Shown here: piece after piece, positions 34,411 to 39,901 of the stretch
Layout of the letters: each line of letters opens with the position of its first letter
Numbering within the stretch: position 1 is the stretch's first letter
DNA from: Octopus bimaculoides
Taxonomy: Eukaryota
Assembly: GCF_001194135.2 (NCBI RefSeq)
Contig: NC_068984.1
Coordinates: forward strand, 36,550,890-36,590,790
Direction: 5' to 3'
Length of the DNA: 39,901 bases
Translations under genes and position numbers: made by a program
Notes under the pieces: model-generated
Databases searched by the model: none
Seen by the model: the letters and a program-made list of their open reading frames with translations, nothing else
What the model was told of the DNA's origin: nothing

Positions 34411-35369
34411 CAAACATACATATATATATATTCTGATTATGCAAAATCGAAATGTATGCGATAATGAATTATAGGGGAGGTTGAAATGTTCGTCTGAACA
34501 AGCTACGCAGACGAATTATTTTCTTTTATGAACAATTAAAAAATGAAAAGTAATTAGAAAATACAAAATTTCTTTAATTCAAGACTTCTGGAATATTTTA
34601 CAAGGAAATACAACGTTATTTTATTCGATGTTGTATTTTCGCATATATTTGAAAATCATTTTTCTTTTATTTTTCATCATCCAAAGAATTATATTGGCGC
34701 CTCATACTACGTGATTTGAACATTAGAATGGCTTATAATATGTAAATGTCTTCGCTTAAATTGTAGTAAATTTGTTTCAAAATTACATTATACATCTCAT
34801 AATCCGAATGTGATTACAGCTGATTTACTTAAGAAAAATATGCGCATCTGTTTCCAACGGATAGTTAACATTTACAGAATGAATAAATGCAAATGACATT
34901 AGTTTTGCATCTAAAGCTAAAATATAAATTAATTATATTGGCATCGGTCAGGTTCCATCCAAATGGGAAGCAAATAACAAAATACAAGAAATAGTGGTGA
35001 AAATAAAATCAGCTCAAATATTGAAGCTTGTTTTATAATTTCAATCATGTTCAACCTATTTTAAAGGTATCTTTTTATATTTGCTTGTGAAACATTTTCA
35101 TACGAAATTTTGAATATTGCAGAGAAATATGCAACCTTATCTTATACACTAGTATATTTGTTAAGTTTTGATTTATCTACCAACATCAAGTACTAAACAT
35201 GACGTTTGACCGGTAAATAAAACTTCAAATACACAATATCAGCAAATAACTTGCTCACATTGTAAATATAAGTACCGTGCCTCTCTGTCTCTGTCTGTCT
35301 CTCTCTCTCTCTCTTTCTTTCTGTCTTTTACGCCTTCATGATATCGCAGTAGCAGCAGAATTAACATTC

Positions 35370-35370
<1 letters not shown>

Positions 35371-35424
<54 letters not shown>

Positions 35425-35425
35425 C

Positions 35426-35456
<31 letters not shown>

Positions 35457-35465
35457 CTGGTGGTG
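35371..35465. repeat. (AGT)n microsatellite grading into (GGT)n
   Basis: Directly visible. Confidence 0.96.
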
Positions 35466-36040
35466 ACAGTACACAAGAATTGTTGGGGTAAAGACGACCA
35501 CGTGTTTGGTGTAAAACCATCGTTAACCATATTTGCAAAGACAATATGAAACGACGCAGACTTCGACACATCGCACTGGAACAGCACAATGAGGAAGCAT
35601 GTAAATGGTAGATGCATAAGCGAGAAAAAGCGGATAGATCTCCTTCAATTCGTATCTTACTATCTTCACAAAGTGAAGGACATACGGTTACTTATGCAGA
35701 GTTAGGCATTTTCTGAAGATATATGTGAGATCAAGGCAAAAAATTGATACATTATAAGATATGTTTGAAAAAACATTGCCTAATTAACAGTAACAGGATC
35801 ATGTGAGTTAACGCCACCACTAGACTACAGAAGTCTAGTTGAATCAATCAAAAATCTGTATTTAATCGCCCTGGATTTCTTCAAAAAGGAGTGGCAATAT
35901 CATGAGATTGATTTCATATTCAGAATAGTCAATATATGACTGAAATTCAAAACATACGAGTCAGTATACAAATACAGATATCTATGTTTATACATACACA
36001 CGCACACACGCGGGTACACACATGTATGCATATGTACACA

Positions 36041-36075
<35 letters not shown>

Positions 36076-37079
36076 GTTAAATAAATGACAAGGGAACGAG
36101 TAATTATGGAGTGAGTTTCATTAGCTTACAGCTGTTTCTGCTATAGAATGCAATGCACTCATTACTGAGTGTTTGTGTATTACTTTATAAACTCCTTGGA
36201 TCTTCGAAAGGGACGTGTGGGGGGTCGCGTGCGTGCGTGTGTGTATTGGCGTGTGTACCTGTGTGTGTGTGCTTACATGCGTGTCTGCGTATATATATAT
36301 GCGTGTGTGTATGTGTGTATTATCCAGAAGTAGTGTGTCTTTTAACTAAATATAAGACTCACCATTTCCACGATTTTTCTCATTTTGTCTTTCATTGTCA
36401 TCCTAAAGTCCCTAACATGTAATTTGTGAGTAGTTTGCCAAATATTTATGACTGATCATACTCGATAGCGAACCAATCGATCATGTATGTAAACGAAACT
36501 ATTTTTTAAATATTATGAATATATGTATGTATGCGTTTCAAATATTATTGCAGTAATATAGGGAGGAAAAACTTAACAACTACGCTATTATTATGCAGGT
36601 AGTAATAAAATAAGTAAAAATTAAAACCTTTGCTGAAAAATACCAAACATTTACCTTTATTGCAAAATATTGTACACATAACACAGGATATTAAATAATT
36701 CTGTTTATAATGTAGCTATTATGGATCTGATCATAAATTAAACAGATAATTACACGACAATCGTTATATACATAATATCACATCCGACAGCATCCAGACA
36801 TAATTTCCAACGATTCTTCTAAAAGTTTTACTAGTTCTAGTATCAGATGTAGAAATACTATTGACAAAGTATTCTAAGAAAAGATAAACCTTTTTATACA
36901 AATAATATCGCATTCTGTTCACAAGAATTATGCGTACTGTTGTCTTATAAAAGAAATAGTAAAAGTACACATAATCAAGAAACGAAATATATTGTCTAAA
37001 GCTGTACATTATTTTTATCGTACTAAAAAAAGTGTTCAAGGTTTGCTTATCTTTTTATCATCCTTATTAGCCAATTTTA

Positions 37080-37540
37080 CCGTGAGTTAAAATGTAAAAC
37101 CAACTCTATCACTAATGCTATTTCATCACCTCCTACGAAAAGAAGCTCAGATATTGCAGAAATATCACAAGAAGAAGTTAGTTTGCAATAACACAAATCA
37201 AAGCAACACTGGAAGACACTGGAATTTAGCCTAAAGCGTTTGAAACACAAACCTGAGACCGTACCAGGTTGTGGGATTCCATCATTCGGAACTGAACACT
37301 TTGAAGCCACCAAAAGAGAAAGAGGAGAAACCAAACGACAGGAGAGAAGGGCTTGACAAAATCAACAATCTTCCACCAACATTGCCACACAGTCAATGTC
37401 TTCGACTATTCTTTGCAAGTATTGGTCTACAGTCATCAATGGCATCACCATAAAGGAACTGTTCAGCAAAGAAGAACGCAAAGTGTCCGATACCAGATAA
37501 AGCCGAAGAAGACGACGACGATGGCAAAAAGAACCTAAAA
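37080..37540 (+). mobile_element. Decayed RTE-clade LINE, C-terminal part of the RT
   Basis: Across frameshifts: HWKTLEFSLK, LRPYQVV..HSELNTLK, HSQCLRL..(Y)WSTVINGITIKELF..VSDT..RRRRW. Compare IWK---ISLKTK-RL..YGSETW..CLRRIL-I-W---I-N-EL..RR-RW-GH. Confidence 0.6.
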
Positions 37541-37688
37541 TTATATTTTATAGCTTCAAATCCAATATTCTACGAGCTAGTAGTACTCGCTAATAGATTG
37601 ATGATATAACAAATGGGCTAAAAATATGAAATATCCTGCCTTAAGATGACGTAATGAATTTTTTAATTTCTTGTTTACATACAACAGC

Positions 37689-38077
37689 GGAGGCGCAATG
37701 GCCCAGTGGTTTGGGCAGCAGACTCGCGGTCGTAGGATCGCGGTTTCGATTCCCAGACCGGGCGTTGTGTGTGTTTATTGAGCGAAAACACCTAAAGCTC
37801 CACGAGGCTCCGGCAGGGGATGGTGGCGAACCCTGCTGTACTCTTCCACCACAACTTTCTCTCACTCTTACTTCCTGTTTCTGTTGTACCTGTAAGTCAA
37901 AGGGTCAGCCTTGTCACACTGTGTCACGCTGAATATCCCCGAGAATTACGTTAAGGGTACACGTGTCTGTGGAGTGCTCAACCACTTGCACGTTAACTTC
38001 ACGAGCAGGTTGTTCCGTTGATCGGATCAACTGGAACCCTCGACGTCGTAAGCGACGGAGTGCCAACAACAGCAACA
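37689..38077 (+). mobile_element. Full-length tRNA-derived SINE (family 2, octopus OR-like from recall) with a (CAA)n tail and 12-bp TSD
   Basis: A box TGGCCCAGTGG (37699-37709), B box GGTTTCGATTCCC (37742-37754), tail ccaacaacagcaaca. TSD acatacaacagc (37677-37688) and acatacaacggc (38078-38089), 11/12 identical. Confidence 0.93.
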
Positions 38078-39049
38078 ACATACAACGGCACCATCTTTCA
38101 CCTGAGATATATTTACTGATAATGCTGTTGTGCACAAGTATCATAATGTACCGGAAATAGAATCTAAGAAACAAATCTTTGCTAATTAAGCAATTATTCA
38201 CGTTAAAACATTGCTTTTTCGGACTTATATCCAATAATATTGTATGAGGAACATCATAATCTGGATTGCAATAATTATATATATTGTTCGTGATTTTCTT
38301 ACGAAAGGAATCTGCTTGAACAACGAATATAGTTCTAGTGAAATATATCTTAAGATTTTTTCAACAAGCAGATAACTCAAGCATTTATCGTTACATAAAG
38401 CCATTATAAAATAACATGAGGTGCTGTCTCATCTCTCATATTGGTCAGATATTGTGGTATTTTGCTGTACACCTTTATTCTTGTCGAAGTAATATTTATC
38501 GCCACATGTCTTATCGAGAGTTTTCTAACTTTCTAATTGTTGTTTATCGGATATCTGTATATAAACATATTCGTACGAACTATATTTCTTAATTATTGAA
38601 AGATCACATTATGCTATTTGATTATACTTTTCCAATAATGACTAATACTTATTACATATACTGATCCTCCGTATCTTAGAAGAACAAAGTCTTTCTTTTT
38701 TTAATACTTAGTCATTGAATATGTAATGTTTTACTTTCATATTTTTCTCTATAATACCATTAAATACTACGTAAAGCAGCGCATATGGAACTCAGATTGA
38801 CCCACATACTTCATGTCACCAGGATGTAATAAAGCATTTTAAAAGCTACTTCTACAAAAAGTTGATGGTTATATTATACTTTCATACTTGTTTCTAATTT
38901 TTCTCTCAGACAGTTCCATTGTATCTGGTATTGAGGTTCTGAGAAACGTGAATTATATAACTTCTAGTTTTCAACAGATTTCAATTATGTCGTTTGTTCT
39001 CCTTTACTTCTAGTTCAACGAAAAATAGACGCTTACTTCTAACTGCATA

Positions 39050-39466
39050 TGTGCTTGTCCAGATAATTTCATCGTTTAATCTTCGATAAAATCGATAACA
39101 TTTCATCAGTTTTTATAAATACGCTAGCTAGACACATAGCGTAAGATCTACGTTTTAAGTACAAATATTTAAAATCTCCAACTCACATATTTCAACTGCA
39201 ACAATACGCAGTTACTACGCATGTCACTGAAGCACACGTCTCACTATTCTATCTTCATATCACATAATTTCTAATTACTATCTATGTAACCTTAGGAATG
39301 ATGCCCCATGTGGTTATCAAGGTGTCTCTCGTAGACTTATATATGTATGTGTGTATAATTTTTCTTTGAATTTAATTTAATTTCTTGAGAGTTCGAAGTG
39401 TGTTCATCTCCCACTTTCGTTATTTCTCAATCATCTTTACTCTAATTCTTTTTTCTCCCCTTCACC

Positions 39467-39526
<60 letters not shown>

Positions 39527-39720
39527 TTGCTCCTTTACTCTCTTTCGTTGCTCACACGTGACCATCGTCCATCTTTCTTTTCCTCACGTGATCATCTTTC
39601 TTTCCTTTAAGTCTGTCTTACAGACCAGACGCAGTCCCCTCTTCTATCGTTTCTCTTGTCAAAGACAATATTCTTCCAGCATTCGCTACATTACCTCATC
39701 TGGCCTAAGAACCCATCATG
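39050..39720 (-). mobile_element. Possible decayed LINE apurinic-endonuclease relic split by (CT)n
   Basis: Minus-strand pieces WVLRPDEV..LEEY..KRNDRRG..LVCKTDLK and VGDF resemble the APE motifs TWL-PD..EGY..R-DR..RGGGV and -GDFN. Weak. Confidence 0.25.
39471..39522. repeat. (CT)n microsatellite
   Basis: Directly visible. Confidence 0.97.
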
Positions 39721-39901
39721 TATGTTTTCGTTTGGTTTATTGTATGTCTCCACTGTCCTGTTTTTGTTACCAAATTTGACCCTCCACCAATCCTAAATGT
39801 TAATTTGGTTCGCGAGAGCAACTGCCTAATTAAGCTTCATATTATCGTTAATTACTCCAAATGAGAAGTAGATGGACAGCCGACATACACACACATACAT
39901 A

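Noticed and set aside
37689-37762. A genuine tRNA gene
   Set aside because: The tRNA-like head continues into ~320 bp of SINE body, a (CAA)n tail and a TSD, and no acceptor stem closes.

Overview
AT-rich, microsatellite-dense, gap-containing eukaryotic DNA with no recognisable host gene. The repeat content (tRNA-headed SINEs, (AAT)n-associated R4/Dong LINEs, Penelope-like elements) resembles what I recall from octopus genomes; the organism is an inference. Everything that translates into a recognisable protein is transposon-derived. That includes a ~7.4 kb same-strand stack of R4/Dong-type (RT plus restriction-like endonuclease) pieces mostly separated by (AAT)n tracts (2.9-10.3 kb), and two L1/Tx1-type fragments (open RT frame at 1-277; frameshifted zinc-knuckle ORF1 at 24.1-25.2 kb). 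It also includes a Penelope-like element (RT plus GIY-YIG) with a downstream minimal hammerhead ribozyme that appears eroded by CpG decay (32.5-34.2 kb), and an RTE-like relic. Non-coding elements include a second hammerhead-like motif in a ~195 bp (TA)n-flanked unit, two SINE families (three copies with target-site duplications), a mariner-type MITE and a 558 bp non-coding (AAT)n-tailed unit. Most ORFs in the supplied track are microsatellite or N-gap artefacts. Family assignments come from hand translation and motif recall; no database search was run.
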